Shown one piece after another: positions 47,274 through 57,795 of a DNA stretch of 64,000 bases. This stretch comes from an uncultured Desulfobacter sp. (GTDB lineage: Bacteria; Desulfobacterota; Desulfobacteria; Desulfobacterales; Desulfobacteraceae): positions 224,001-288,000 of the forward strand of contig OY762069.1 of assembly GCA_963665095.1 (NCBI GenBank), in the 5' to 3' direction. Positions within the stretch are counted from its first letter, which is position 1. Every line of letters begins with the position of its first letter. The translations under genes were made by a program, and so were the position numbers. The notes beneath the pieces are model-generated. The model was not told where the DNA came from, did no database searches, and was given only the letters and a program-made list of their open reading frames with translations.

Positions 47274-47654
47274 ATGACAAAAGTAGGCATTATTCGGTGT
47301 GAAAAAAATGAAAACAGGTGTCCGTTGACCAACTGTTTTAAAACAATGATTGAGACCACCCAGGGCTTCGCCGGCTACGAGGCCTGTACCCCGGCAGGGG
47401 TGTTTACCTGCCGATGTCCGGGTGACAATGTGGCGGATATGGCAAAGATCCTCAAGGCAAAGGGGGCCGAGGCCATTCATCTGTGTACCTGTGCATTTGC
47501 GTCAAAAACCGAAGAAGGATGGAATAAGGACAAGGGCGGATTCTGCCCGGATATTGATAAGGTTGCAGCCGTTGTTTCCAATGCTTCGGGGCTTCCCTGT
47601 ACCCTGGGCACCGCCCATCTGCCCAAAGGGTATACGCCGGTTACCATCGGATAA
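47274..47654 (+). CDS. CGGC-domain Cys-rich protein
   Basis: KVGIIRC..CP..CF, FTCRCPG, IHLCTC, FCP, GTAH; RBS aggagg. Confidence 0.75.
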   Translation: MTKVGIIRCEKNENRCPLTNCFKTMIETTQGFAGYEACTPAGVFTCRCPGDNVADMAKILKAKGAEAIHLCTCAFASKTEEGWNKDKGGFCPDIDKVAAVVSNASGLPCTLGTAHLPKGYTPVTIG

Positions 47655-47693
47655 AAAAAACAGCTGCCCGGGTGTGTTACATCCGGGCAGCTG
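47653..47693. terminator. Stem-loop terminator-like element
   Basis: cagctgcccgggtgt-gtt-acatccgggcagctg preceded by an A run. Confidence 0.6.
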
Positions 47694-47876
47694 ATATTTA
47701 CAGCTTTCTGTTTACCGCCAATTGGCTCACCCCATTATAAGTCTCTTCTTCTCACATATTGCCATAGATCTCAATTGACCCGGAAACAAGGGTCCTATAA
47801 AATTTAAATAAGATTTCAAAAACACAAACAGTTGGGAGATCAATATTTGTCAAAACAGCACAACATGCCGGGGGAC

Positions 47877-47965
47877 ATGGAAGCCATATTTTAGGACAGA
47901 TTTATCTGGCTGTTCTTATTGCCCGTCTGTTGGGTATGCAGGGAAATTCGGGTCCTTCCTGTTAG
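47877..47965 (+). pseudogene. Frameshifted C-terminal remnant of an ion (K+) channel-family gene
   Basis: ATG GAA GCC ATA [tt] TTA GGA CAG... reads MEAI/LGQIYLAVLIARLLGM, resembling the EAxxGQxYLAVLIARLVG last helix of Ion_trans_2-type proteins. Confidence 0.5.
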
Positions 47966-48030
47966 GCGCAGGCCCCATACCCTTGTGCAGCAGGAGATAA
48001 AGCTTGAAAAAATAGCGGTTTTTGCTTATC

Positions 48031-48064
48031 AATAAAGAGTTTCTGTAAATAAAGAGTTTCTGTA
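48031..48064 (+). repeat. Perfect 2 x 17-bp tandem duplication
   Basis: aataaagagtttctgta twice. Confidence 0.9.
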
Positions 48065-48085
48065 AAAATATCATCCCATAAGATC

Positions 48086-49216
48086 GTGAACTCAAAACAC
48101 AGGAAGAACATTATGGTTGCATTGCAAATTTCTGTGGCGGGTCTGGCTGTCCTGCTTGTGATAGTGGCTATCCGGTACTTTTTTATTTCAGGTGCCAGTG
48201 ATAAGGAAATTCATGAAAAAAGTTCAGACCGGGATTTCTCATCATCTTCAAAATCTGATACCGAGATCGGTTCAATACCTGTAACTGCGTATCAGCCCCC
48301 TGAATTTGAATATGCGGGCCTGGATGATAGTATTACCCTGATTGGTGAAGAAGATATCAAGGGCGATCTGCTTGACAGTCTGGATGAGACATTGAAAGCA
48401 TTGACCCCGCCAACCACTGCCGCCTTCAAGATTTTAAAGCTGCTTCACAACCCCAATGTCAAGAATGAGGACCTGGCAGCCATGGTGACGACAGATCCTG
48501 TTTTCAGTGCAAATATATTAAAGATGGTCAATTCCGCCTATTTTAATCTCCCTAATAAAATTAATTCTGTGGGCACAGCCATCCTGTTTATCGGATACAA
48601 CAATTTCAAGGTAATGGTGATGAAGTCCAATCTTCAGAATTCTTTACCCGAGACCCAGGATGAAGAACTAAAAAAACAGTACAATGCACTGTGGCTTCAT
48701 TCCTCAGTGGTTTCAACCTGTGCCTATTATCTTGGACAGACTGTTTTTCACCAGTATGAGCAGGAACTGGGTACCATAGGACTCTTGCATGATATCGGCA
48801 AATACTATCTGCCCCTGTTTACAAAAAATGAAAATGCCCCGGATCATGCCCCCTCCTGTATTGAGGAAGATGCGTCCTATGGCCTCAATCATACAGTCTT
48901 AGGCAGTTTTATTGCCAGGGAGTGGCACCTCGGGGATATGATTGCCAACGCTATTTACTATCATCATTACCCCCAGTTTTTTCCACCCGAAGACATCCCC
49001 CGGGAATATCGAAAACTCAGCTTTATCATCTGCCTTGCCAACATCATCTGCAAAGCATACGGCTATCATGTCAGTGGTGGGGAAATTTTCCCCATTCGTG
49101 AGGAGTATTTTGATCTTTATGGCGTGGAACCGGATCTGGCCGGTATTTTTTCAAAGAAGCTGGAAAAGGATATTGAAAAGGCCAGATTTGCTGTTGAATC
49201 CTTTATGGACAGCTGA
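48086..49216 (+). CDS. HDOD-domain signalling protein with an N-terminal TM helix
   Basis: DPVFSANILKMVNSAYF, LWLHS, GLLHDIGK, NHTVLG..W, YHH. Confidence 0.88.
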   Translation: MNSKHRKNIMVALQISVAGLAVLLVIVAIRYFFISGASDKEIHEKSSDRDFSSSSKSDTEIGSIPVTAYQPPEFEYAGLDDSITLIGEEDIKGDLLDSLDETLKALTPPTTAAFKILKLLHNPNVKNEDLAAMVTTDPVFSANILKMVNSAYFNLPNKINSVGTAILFIGYNNFKVMVMKSNLQNSLPETQDEELKKQYNALWLHSSVVSTCAYYLGQTVFHQYEQELGTIGLLHDIGKYYLPLFTKNENAPDHAPSCIEEDASYGLNHTVLGSFIAREWHLGDMIANAIYYHHYPQFFPPEDIPREYRKLSFIICLANIICKAYGYHVSGGEIFPIREEYFDLYGVEPDLAGIFSKKLEKDIEKARFAVESFMDS

Positions 49217-49241
49217 AACAAATACTGCAATCAGGCAAACG

Positions 49242-49277
49242 GCCGATTTTTTGTTCAACGCCGATTTTTTGTTCAAC
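49242..49277 (+). repeat. Perfect 2 x 18-bp tandem duplication
   Basis: gccgattttttgttcaac twice. Confidence 0.9.
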
Positions 49278-49360
49278 CAGGATCAGTTTTTGACTTTTGA
49301 TGTGAAGATGCATATATTAATGTCCCAAATTTGTCAGGCAGCAAGGAGATCTAAAAACAT

Positions 49361-49849
49361 ATGGGGCAGATGCAGTTAAGGGTGGGTTCAGGAACAGATG
49401 TGCATGAACTGGTGCCCGGCAGAAAACTGATCATCGGCGGCATATCCATTGATCACCCCTTTGGCCTTAAAGGCCATTCCGATGCGGACGTGCTGCTTCA
49501 CGCCGTATGTGATGCGCTTTTAGGGGCTGCAGGCCTTGGGGATATTGGCGAGCATTTTCCGGACACGGATCCGGCCTACAAAGATATGAACAGCAGCCGG
49601 TTCCTGGAGATATGTAATATAAAAGTCCGGGACAACGGATTCAGTATAGCCAACCTGGACTGTACTATCTTTGCCCAGGCACCGAAAATGGGTCCCCATA
49701 AAAAAGAGATGGCGGTTCATATAGCAAAGACACTGGGCCTTGATCCGGATTGCGTAAACATCAAGGCCACCACCACGGAACACTTGGGATTTATCGGCAG
49801 AAAACAGGGCATTGCAGCCCAGGCCACCGTACTGTTGGTTAAAGCATAA
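49361..49849 (+). CDS. ispF: 2-C-methyl-D-erythritol 2,4-cyclodiphosphate synthase
   Basis: GTDVH, GHSDADVLLHA, GDIGEHFPD, NIKATTTE. Confidence 0.97.
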   Translation: MGQMQLRVGSGTDVHELVPGRKLIIGGISIDHPFGLKGHSDADVLLHAVCDALLGAAGLGDIGEHFPDTDPAYKDMNSSRFLEICNIKVRDNGFSIANLDCTIFAQAPKMGPHKKEMAVHIAKTLGLDPDCVNIKATTTEHLGFIGRKQGIAAQATVLLVKA

Positions 49850-49864
49850 TACAGGGAAAAAATA

Positions 49865-51304
49865 ATGAGTCTAAGAATTTACAACACTCTGAGCGGAAAG
49901 AAAGAGATTTTTGAGCCAATTATACCCAACAAGGTCGGTATGTATGTGTGCGGCCCAACGGTGTATGATACCAGTCACATCGGCCATGCGCGGTCCGTAG
50001 TGGTGTTTGATATGGTGTACAGGTGGCTCAGGCACCTGGCATATGAGGTCTCCTATGTGCGTAATTTTACGGATGTGGATGACAAGATTATAAAAAAATC
50101 CAATGAAACCGGAGAGTCCTGTACTGCCATCACCACAAAATACATTGATGAGTTTCACAATGAAATGGATGCCCTCAATGTTCTTAGACCCACCGTGGCT
50201 CCCAAGGCCACAGAGCATATTGATCACATCATCCGTTTTGTTCAGCGTCTGATTGACCAGGGAAAGGCCTATCATGTGGAAGGCGGCGATGTCTATTTCT
50301 CCATCCCCTCTTTCAAGGAGTACGGCAAGCTGTCCGGCCGCAATCCCGAGGATATGCAGGCGGGGGCCAGGATTGCTGTGGACGAAAAAAAGAGAAACCC
50401 TCTTGATTTTACTTTGTGGAAACCAGCCAAACCCGGGGAGCCCTCCTGGGACAGCCCCTGGGGAGAGGGGCGGCCCGGATGGCATATTGAATGCTCTGCC
50501 ATGAGTCTGGAATATTTAGGTGAAAGCTTTGATATTCATGGTGGCGGCAAGGACCTGATTTTTCCCCACCATGAAAATGAAATCGCCCAGAGTGAGGCTG
50601 CCTTTGGGGTGCCCTTTGTCAAATACTGGATTCATAACGGGTTTGTGGACATCAACAATGAAAAGATGTCCAAATCCCTGGGCAACTTCACCATGATCAA
50701 AGAGGTACTGGCCGACTACAGTCCTGAAGTGATCCGCATGTTTCTATTGTCCAAGCATTACCGTTCCCCCATTGATTACAATGAGGACAGTATGCGGGAG
50801 GTGTCTGTGGGGCTGGATCGGATTTATTCTTTCCTGGAACGGCTGGATAAGTCCGGGATTGAACCCGTTGCCGGCGATGGTGGTCGCGGTCCGCTCTGGG
50901 AAGAGTTTGAACAGGCCATGAACGATGATTTCAACTCCGCCCGTGCCCTGGCTGCAGTGTTTGATGCGGTTAAAAAAGGCAATAAGCTGCTGGATGACAG
51001 CCAGGGTGAACCAGGCGCTGATGACCGGGCCATGCTGGCCGCCATGTACGGTGATATCCGGGCGGCGTCAGATGTTCTGGGTATTTTCATGATGCCGGCA
51101 GATCAATATTTTGGTCAGAAAAAAGACCGGGCCATGGCAGACCAGGATGTGGATCCGGCCATGATTGAAGATCTGATTGCCCAGCGGGCCGCTGCAAGAA
51201 AGGAAAAGAATTTTGCCCGGGCAGATGAGATCCGGGACCAGCTTCAGGCAATGAACATTGTGCTGGAGGATGGGCCGGGGGGAACCACCTGGCGGGTAGA
51301 ATAA
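49865..51304 (+). CDS. cysS: Cysteine--tRNA ligase
   Basis: CGPTVY..HIGHAR, PGWHIECS, DIHGGG, KMSKS. Confidence 0.98.
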   Translation: MSLRIYNTLSGKKEIFEPIIPNKVGMYVCGPTVYDTSHIGHARSVVVFDMVYRWLRHLAYEVSYVRNFTDVDDKIIKKSNETGESCTAITTKYIDEFHNEMDALNVLRPTVAPKATEHIDHIIRFVQRLIDQGKAYHVEGGDVYFSIPSFKEYGKLSGRNPEDMQAGARIAVDEKKRNPLDFTLWKPAKPGEPSWDSPWGEGRPGWHIECSAMSLEYLGESFDIHGGGKDLIFPHHENEIAQSEAAFGVPFVKYWIHNGFVDINNEKMSKSLGNFTMIKEVLADYSPEVIRMFLLSKHYRSPIDYNEDSMREVSVGLDRIYSFLERLDKSGIEPVAGDGGRGPLWEEFEQAMNDDFNSARALAAVFDAVKKGNKLLDDSQGEPGADDRAMLAAMYGDIRAASDVLGIFMMPADQYFGQKKDRAMADQDVDPAMIEDLIAQRAAARKEKNFARADEIRDQLQAMNIVLEDGPGGTTWRVE

Positions 51305-51324
51305 TTATTCCCACCCCAAATGTG

Positions 51325-51351
51325 AAAAAGGCCCCTGAAAAAGGGGCCTTT
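51325..51351. terminator. Bidirectional terminator between the convergent cysS and glnS
   Basis: aaaaaggcccct-gaaaa-aggggccttt. Confidence 0.75.
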
Positions 51352-51395
51352 GTATTTATAAATGAGTATTGTTCTGCCGGGCTGGCAGTCGGTTT

Positions 51396-53066
51396 TTATT
51401 TTTTTGTCAGCTTGGCCCAGGCATCCCTTAGGGTGACGGTTCTGTTGAAGACCGGCATGTCAGGAGTGCTGTCTTTGGAATCCAGGCAGAAATAGCCTAA
51501 GCGCTCAAACTGATAGACCGCTTCGGGCCTTGCATTTTCCAGGCTTCGTTCCAGTTTGGCGTGTGCCAGAATTTCAAGGGAATCAGGGTTCAGGTTGGTG
51601 ACGAAATCCTGGCCGTCTTTTTCCGGATTCTCATCCTTGAAAAGACGGTCGTAAAGCCGTACTTCCGCATCCATGCAATCCCGGGCATTGACCCAGTGGA
51701 TGGTGCCTTTCACCTTTCTGCCGTCCGGCGCGTTGCCGCCTCTTGTTTCCGGATCATAGGTGCAGATCAGTTCAACCACCTCTCCGGCCTCATTTTTAAT
51801 CACCTCTTTGCAGGTGATCAGATAGGCTGCCCGCAGGCGCACCTCCCGGCCCGGCCCCAGACGGAAAAACTTTTTAGGCGGATTTTCCATAAAGTCGTCC
51901 TGTTCAACCCAGATCTCCCTTGAAAAGCTTACCTCCCGTTTCCCGAATTCCGGTTTCTGGGGATGGTTCATCGCTTCCAGGGTTTCGGCTTTGTCTTCGG
52001 GATAGTTTTCAATGGTGACCTTTAGTGGTCTGATGACTCCCATGGCGCGGGGGGCGTTTTCATTGAGGTCATCACGCAGACAGGACTCCAGAAGCCCCAT
52101 GTCAATGCGGCTCTCCTTTTTGGAGACACCGATGATATTGCAGAAGTTGCGGATGGCCGCCGGGGTATATCCTCTGCAGCGCATGCCTTCAAGGGTGGGG
52201 AGCCGGGGATCGTCCCAGCCGGAGACCACCCCTTCGTTAATCAGCCGCTGCAGCTTTCTTTTACTTAATACCGTGTAGTTTATATTCATCCGGGCAAATT
52301 CAATCTGCTGGGGATGGCAGGGGATGGTGATATTGTCCAGAATCCAGTCGTACAAAGGCCGGTGGTCTTCAAACTCCAGGCTGCAAAGCGAGTGGGTGAT
52401 GCCCTCTAAAGCATCGGAGATGCAGTGGGTGAAATCGTACATGGGGTAGATACACCACTTGTCCCCGGTGCGCGGATGGGGTGCTTTTTTCACGCGGTAG
52501 ATCACCGGATCACGCATGTTGATATTGGGGGAGGACATGTCGATCTTGGCCCGAAGCGTATGCTCGCCCTCCTCAAACTGACCATCCTTCATCCGCTGGA
52601 ACAGGTCCAGGTTTTCCTCCACACTGCGGTTTCGGTAGGGTGAATCTTTGCCTGGTTCCGTGAGGGTGCCCCGGTACTCTTTCATCTCTTCAGCGGAAAG
52701 ACTGCAGACATAAGCTTTGCCTGCCTTGATCAGCTCAATGGCATAATTATACAGGTCGTCAAAATAATCTGATGCATAAAAAGGGGTTCTGTAGTCAAAT
52801 CCCAGCCACTTGACCGTGCTCTTGATGGAATCAATGTAGATCTGTTTTTCCTTGGCCGGGTTGGAGTCATCAAAGCGCAGGTTGCACTTTCCATTAAACT
52901 GGTTGGCCATGTTGAAGTTCAGGCAAATGGATTTGGCGTGGCCGATGTGCAGAAAGCCGTTGGGTTCCGGCGGGAACCGGGTGGCAACCGGGCCGCTGTT
53001 TTTGTTGTTCGCAAGGTCTTCTTTGATGATGGCTTCAATAAAATGCCCTTTTGCTTCTGTTTCCAT
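51396..53066 (-). CDS. glnS: Glutamine--tRNA ligase
   Basis: [38 protein letters not shown]. Confidence 0.98.
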   Translation of the reverse strand: METEAKGHFIEAIIKEDLANNKNSGPVATRFPPEPNGFLHIGHAKSICLNFNMANQFNGKCNLRFDDSNPAKEKQIYIDSIKSTVKWLGFDYRTPFYASDYFDDLYNYAIELIKAGKAYVCSLSAEEMKEYRGTLTEPGKDSPYRNRSVEENLDLFQRMKDGQFEEGEHTLRAKIDMSSPNINMRDPVIYRVKKAPHPRTGDKWCIYPMYDFTHCISDALEGITHSLCSLEFEDHRPLYDWILDNITIPCHPQQIEFARMNINYTVLSKRKLQRLINEGVVSGWDDPRLPTLEGMRCRGYTPAAIRNFCNIIGVSKKESRIDMGLLESCLRDDLNENAPRAMGVIRPLKVTIENYPEDKAETLEAMNHPQKPEFGKREVSFSREIWVEQDDFMENPPKKFFRLGPGREVRLRAAYLITCKEVIKNEAGEVVELICTYDPETRGGNAPDGRKVKGTIHWVNARDCMDAEVRLYDRLFKDENPEKDGQDFVTNLNPDSLEILAHAKLERSLENARPEAVYQFERLGYFCLDSKDSTPDMPVFNRTVTLRDAWAKLTKK

Positions 53067-53313
53067 TTGTCCTCTTTGATGGTTAAAAAAAGATGGTTAA
53101 TAAAATATTTCTAAATATCATATCCCCTCTGCCGTGGAAAGAGGGCGGACGTATTTCCATTGGTCTTTCTTAAGCAAATTGCCTCTATTTTGATGCCGGT
53201 TTTGAATTGCCATACCCAAAAAATTTTTGACAGTATATTTTTGTGTATTCTATCATGTCGACATGAATAAGAAAAATATGCCAAAAGAGATCTACTCCCT
53301 GAGAGGAAGCCCG

Positions 53314-54114
53314 ATGTCACCGGATGATTTCATTAAAGTTAAGCAGCAGTTTTACTCATTTACGCAACCCTTTGAAGACAAGGCCGAAGATCCATATCCC
53401 TTTGTTCTCAAACGGGAGCATACTGACCGGGTCTGTACCGCCATGCAGATGCTGTGTATTGCTCTGGCGCTTGATGAACAGGAAACGGCCCGGGCCTGTG
53501 CCGCGGCCATGGTCCATGATATGGGCCGGTTCCCGCAGTTTGCCCGGTACCACACTTATGTGGATGCCCGGTCAAAAAACCATGCGGCCTTAAGTTGCGG
53601 CCAGATAGTTCGCACAGGCATTCTGTCCCACCTGCCGGATAGGGACAGGCGGCTGATTTTAAGGGCCGTGGCCCTGCATAACCGCCCCAGAGTGCCTGAC
53701 GGTCTTGAGCCGGATTTGGATCTCCTGGCCCGGCTGCTCAGGGATGCCGATAAAATTGATATTTATCATGTGATGAAAGCCCATTATTTAAGCAGGGAAA
53801 CCGGCCGGGAATTTATCACCCACGACCTGCCGGATGACGGGAAAGTGCCAAAACAGGTGGCCCAGGCCCTGCTGGATACCCGGGAGAATAAGTATGCCGG
53901 GGTGAACACCCTTAATGCCATGAAAGTATTCCAGGCCGGCATGGTTTATGACTTGAATTTTCCGGCAACAGCCAGTGCCATCCGGGATATGGCAGTGATT
54001 CCGGTGCTGCTGGCAGGCATTCCTGTATCGGATTTGATGACCCGTTTGAAACAGGATCTTCTGGATCACCTGGATACCCTTGCGGCGTCCCCTGTTCCGA
54101 GCAGGCCTTTATGA
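53314..54114 (+). CDS. HD-domain phosphohydrolase
   Basis: KREHT, VHDMGRF, NHA, HN, RDADKID; start chosen by RBS gagagga (uncertain). Confidence 0.82.
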   Translation: MSPDDFIKVKQQFYSFTQPFEDKAEDPYPFVLKREHTDRVCTAMQMLCIALALDEQETARACAAAMVHDMGRFPQFARYHTYVDARSKNHAALSCGQIVRTGILSHLPDRDRRLILRAVALHNRPRVPDGLEPDLDLLARLLRDADKIDIYHVMKAHYLSRETGREFITHDLPDDGKVPKQVAQALLDTRENKYAGVNTLNAMKVFQAGMVYDLNFPATASAIRDMAVIPVLLAGIPVSDLMTRLKQDLLDHLDTLAASPVPSRPL

Positions 54115-54140
54115 GTTCTGTAACATTGGGGGGTACCCCG

Positions 54141-55064
54141 TCAATCCAGAAGCGTTTTCAGCTCTTGTTTTGAAAATGTATATTCTGAATTGCAGTGGTG
54201 GCATCTGATCTCCAGGGGAAAGGGACCATTGTCGCGGATATCAATGAGATCCTGTTCCGGCAGGCTTTTCAGATGGCCGGCCATATGCTCCTTTGAACAC
54301 CGGCAGTAAAATTCCACCCGGGAGGTATCCAGCAGCCGGGGGGCAAGGCCGGAAAATGAAGATTCAATGACGGATTCAGGCGTTTGCCCGTCAGCAAACA
54401 TCTGCCCTAAAGAGTCAATGGATTGAATTAGAGCTTCAGCCCGGGCCACATTGTCAGGATCTGCTCCGGGAAGTGCCTGCAGGAATATGCCGCCGGCGCC
54501 TGTTACCTGTTCATTTTCATCAAAGGCTACGCTCAGGCTGAATCCGGAAGGGATCTGTTCGGAAGTCAGATAATACTCTGCCAGATCTTCGGCAATGGAG
54601 CCGTGTGCCAGGGCAATCTGGCCGGTATAGGGATGTCCTGTACCTTCTATATATCGGGTCACGGATAAGAAACCTGCCCCGTAAAGGGTGGAAAGATATT
54701 TGATTTTATCAGGGTGGGCCACCTCAATGGGGTTGGCCTTTAAAAATCCCCGGATCTCCCCGAATGCATTGGCTTCCACATCAAAGCCCTTGACGGGGCC
54801 TGAACACTGGATACTGATGCAGACCCGGTCCCGGCCTTTCAGCGGTGCACTCATAAGCGCCGCTGCTATGTAAGCCTGGCCCAGCACCAGAGTTTCCAGA
54901 GGACCTAATTCGTGATTGGCCTGCATCTCCCTGACCATCCGGTGGGCATGCACCACCACCCCCTTGATCTGGTCATCGGCCATGAGGAACCGGTAAAGCC
55001 GTTCCTTTGCCGAAGCCTTGAACTGCGCCTTTACATCGTGGTTGAATATATCTTTTTTGATCAT
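54141..55064 (-). CDS. hslO: Hsp33 redox chaperone
   Basis: SEQIPS, AGG, CRCS...CHHC zinc motif. Confidence 0.92.
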   Translation of the reverse strand: MIKKDIFNHDVKAQFKASAKERLYRFLMADDQIKGVVVHAHRMVREMQANHELGPLETLVLGQAYIAAALMSAPLKGRDRVCISIQCSGPVKGFDVEANAFGEIRGFLKANPIEVAHPDKIKYLSTLYGAGFLSVTRYIEGTGHPYTGQIALAHGSIAEDLAEYYLTSEQIPSGFSLSVAFDENEQVTGAGGIFLQALPGADPDNVARAEALIQSIDSLGQMFADGQTPESVIESSFSGLAPRLLDTSRVEFYCRCSKEHMAGHLKSLPEQDLIDIRDNGPFPLEIRCHHCNSEYTFSKQELKTLLD

Positions 55065-55164
55065 TTTGTTATCTGTCCGAATGTCAAATTGTTTTGCCGT
55101 AAAATCGGCAGCTTGTTCTTTCCATCCGGGGTATTATAATGCCTTATTTATGAATGTAAACCTT

Positions 55165-56712
55165 TTACCCCTGCACATCATCTGTGCGGTCCATCCTCTT
55201 ATACTGCACCGCCTCCAGCACATGGGGTTTTAAAATCTGAGGCTCCCCTGCCAGATCCGCAATGGTGCGGGCCACCTTTAAAATGGAGGCATAGGCCCGG
55301 CCTGACAGGTTGAGTCGTGCCATGGCCGTTTGAATTATTTTACGACAGGAGTCGTCGAGAGGGCAGAAGCGCTCGATCAGATCTGCACCCATATCGGCAT
55401 TGGAAAAACAGGCCGCTTCTGCCTTTCTGAAGCGTTGGGCCTGAATCTGTGCGGCCTTGCCCACCCGTTTCTGTATGGCTGCGGAGGATTCATCTGCTTT
55501 TGGTGTACTGATTTCATTGAACGAAAGCCGGGGGACTTCAACCAGGATATCCATCCGGTCCATAAGCGGTCCTGAGATCCGGTTTCTGTATTGTTGGATT
55601 CTGGTGGGCGTGCAGGTGCACTGCCTGTCCGGATTGGTCAGGTTGCCACAGGGGCAGGGATTCATGGCCCCGGCCAGCATAAAACGGCAGGGATAGGTGG
55701 CTTTGTCTAATGCCCGGGCCAGGGTGATCTGCCCTTCTTCCAGGGGCTGGCGCAGCACCTCGAGGACATTGCGCCGGAACTCTGGCAGTTCGTCTAAAAA
55801 CAGCACCCCATTGTGGGCCAGGCTGATCTCCCCTGGCCTGGGCCGGGCTCCGCCGCCCACAAGACCGGCATCGGAAATGGAGTGGTGGGGTGCTCTGAAC
55901 GGCCGTTCTCCCAGGCCCTGGTCCGGTTCCCGGGATACGCCGGCCACGGAGTATACCTGGGCGATCTCCATGGCCTCTTCAAAGGTGGGTTCCGGCAGGA
56001 TGGAGGGCAGACATTTGGCCATCATGCTCTTCCCTGATCCTGCCGGGCCGTTGAGAAGAATATGGTGATGGCCGGCCGCAGCCACCTCCATGGCCCGCTT
56101 AACATGGGCCTGGCCCCGGACATGGGAAAAATCGTTTTCAAGGATGCCGGTTCCGGATCTGGTAAGGATGGTCAGGTCCGGCGGCAGCGGGGACAGAGCA
56201 ATGTGTCCGGCCAGAAAATCCACCACCTGGCACAGGTGCTCCACCGCAAGCACATCGATATCTTTGACAAGAGCGGCTTCGGTCCCGTTCTCTTTGGGCA
56301 GGATAATTCCCTTGAACCCGTTGTCCCTGGCTGCCAGAGCAAAGGGAAGCGCCGCCTTGACAGGGCGTAAGTGCCCGTCCAGGGACAACTCTCCGGCTGT
56401 CAGCCATGGCGCCACAGCCTTCGGGTCTACCAGTCCCTGGGCACAAAGAATGCCCAGTGCCACGGGCAGATCCAGGCTAGTTCCCTCTTTTTTAAAATCC
56501 GCCGGGGCCAGGTTCACCACCACCCTGTCCATGGGGAAATGATATCCTGCGTTCTGCAGTGCCGAGCGCACCCTGTCCCGGCTCTCCCTGACAGCGGCCT
56601 CCGCTAGACCCACCATGTTAAATACTGGAAGACCCAGGGTGATGTCCACTTCCACATCCACAACAATGGCCTCAAATCCGTTTAATGCACAGGATTGCAT
56701 TCTGGCGATCAT
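55165..56712 (-). CDS. comM: YifB/ComM Mg-chelatase-like AAA+ ATPase
   Basis: VRESRDRV, NLAPAD, GELSLDG, PFRAPHH, PGEISLAHNGVLFLDE. Confidence 0.92.
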   Translation of the reverse strand: MIARMQSCALNGFEAIVVDVEVDITLGLPVFNMVGLAEAAVRESRDRVRSALQNAGYHFPMDRVVVNLAPADFKKEGTSLDLPVALGILCAQGLVDPKAVAPWLTAGELSLDGHLRPVKAALPFALAARDNGFKGIILPKENGTEAALVKDIDVLAVEHLCQVVDFLAGHIALSPLPPDLTILTRSGTGILENDFSHVRGQAHVKRAMEVAAAGHHHILLNGPAGSGKSMMAKCLPSILPEPTFEEAMEIAQVYSVAGVSREPDQGLGERPFRAPHHSISDAGLVGGGARPRPGEISLAHNGVLFLDELPEFRRNVLEVLRQPLEEGQITLARALDKATYPCRFMLAGAMNPCPCGNLTNPDRQCTCTPTRIQQYRNRISGPLMDRMDILVEVPRLSFNEISTPKADESSAAIQKRVGKAAQIQAQRFRKAEAACFSNADMGADLIERFCPLDDSCRKIIQTAMARLNLSGRAYASILKVARTIADLAGEPQILKPHVLEAVQYKRMDRTDDVQG

Positions 56713-56915
56713 GGAAAGCCTGCCTTTAAAATTTTAACCGTTATTAAAAAGTATCTGTAAAGCCAAAAAGAAGAGATGAAAATGAAACGGTACTTTAAAC
56801 GGTCCTGACAAAAAATTAATACAAACCAAAGATTTTTTTCATTTGTTTTGCTTTGTATTATTAAATCATATATATATACCACGTTTTAAAATTGTCTGAC
56901 ACGTTGAGATTCAAA

Positions 56916-57785
56916 ATGGATTCTTTTTATAACCAACGGACCGTTGCGGGAAATGTAGCCCTTTCAGGAACAGGGGTTCATTCAGGGAAAAAAACAAACC
57001 TGATTATCCGGCCGGCAGAGGAGAACCACGGCATTAAATTCCGTCGGCTTGATCTGCCAGGCACTCCGGACATTCCCGCTTTGTTCAAAATGGTGGTGGA
57101 TACCAGCCTTGCCACGGTCCTTGGCGGCAACGGTGCCATTGTGTCCACCATTGAGCATCTCATGGCAAGCTTTGCAGGGCTTGGCATTGACAATGCTCTG
57201 GTGGAGGTGGATGACTATGAAATGCCCATTATGGACGGGTCGGCCAGACAGTTTGCCCAGGCGTTAACAGCTGTTGGCATTGTTGAGCAGGAAAAACCCC
57301 GGCACCTGATTATTATTAAGGACCCCATTGAAGTTATAGAGGGAGACAAATGGGTTAAGGTGCTGCCTGAGCCCTGTTTCAAAATTTCCTGCACCATTGA
57401 TTTTGACCATCCGCTCATAGGTGTTCAGAGTATAACCTTTGACAAGGCAAATAATAATTTTGAAGAAGAGGTCAGCGGGGCCAGAACCTTTGGGTTTGTA
57501 AAAGACCTGGAGCTGTTGAAAAAATTCAGCCTGGGCAGGGGCGGAAGCCTTGACAACGCCATAGTTATCGATAATGATAAGGTTTTGAATGAGGAGGGCC
57601 TGCGGTACCCGGATGAGTTTGTCCGGCATAAGCTTCTGGACTGTTTAGGAGACTTTTCTCTTCTGGGCATGCCGATCCAGGGGCATATCATCACGCATAA
57701 GTCCGGTCATCACCTCAATCATTTGTTTATAAAAAAATTTCTTGACGAAAAGCAGGCTTGGGAGACCGGGCCGGCACAACCCTGA
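56916..57785 (+). CDS. lpxC: UDP-3-O-acyl-GlcNAc deacetylase
   Basis: GVHSG, TIEHLMA, PIMDGS, ARTFGF, RHKLLD, GH. Confidence 0.96.
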   Translation: MDSFYNQRTVAGNVALSGTGVHSGKKTNLIIRPAEENHGIKFRRLDLPGTPDIPALFKMVVDTSLATVLGGNGAIVSTIEHLMASFAGLGIDNALVEVDDYEMPIMDGSARQFAQALTAVGIVEQEKPRHLIIIKDPIEVIEGDKWVKVLPEPCFKISCTIDFDHPLIGVQSITFDKANNNFEEEVSGARTFGFVKDLELLKKFSLGRGGSLDNAIVIDNDKVLNEEGLRYPDEFVRHKLLDCLGDFSLLGMPIQGHIITHKSGHHLNHLFIKKFLDEKQAWETGPAQP

Positions 57786-57795
57786 CATAAACTCA

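Noticed and set aside
55165..56712. Mg-chelatase-like ATPase as a partner of the CobN system
   Set aside because: It is the ordinary ComM/YifB family protein in a housekeeping context outside the island.
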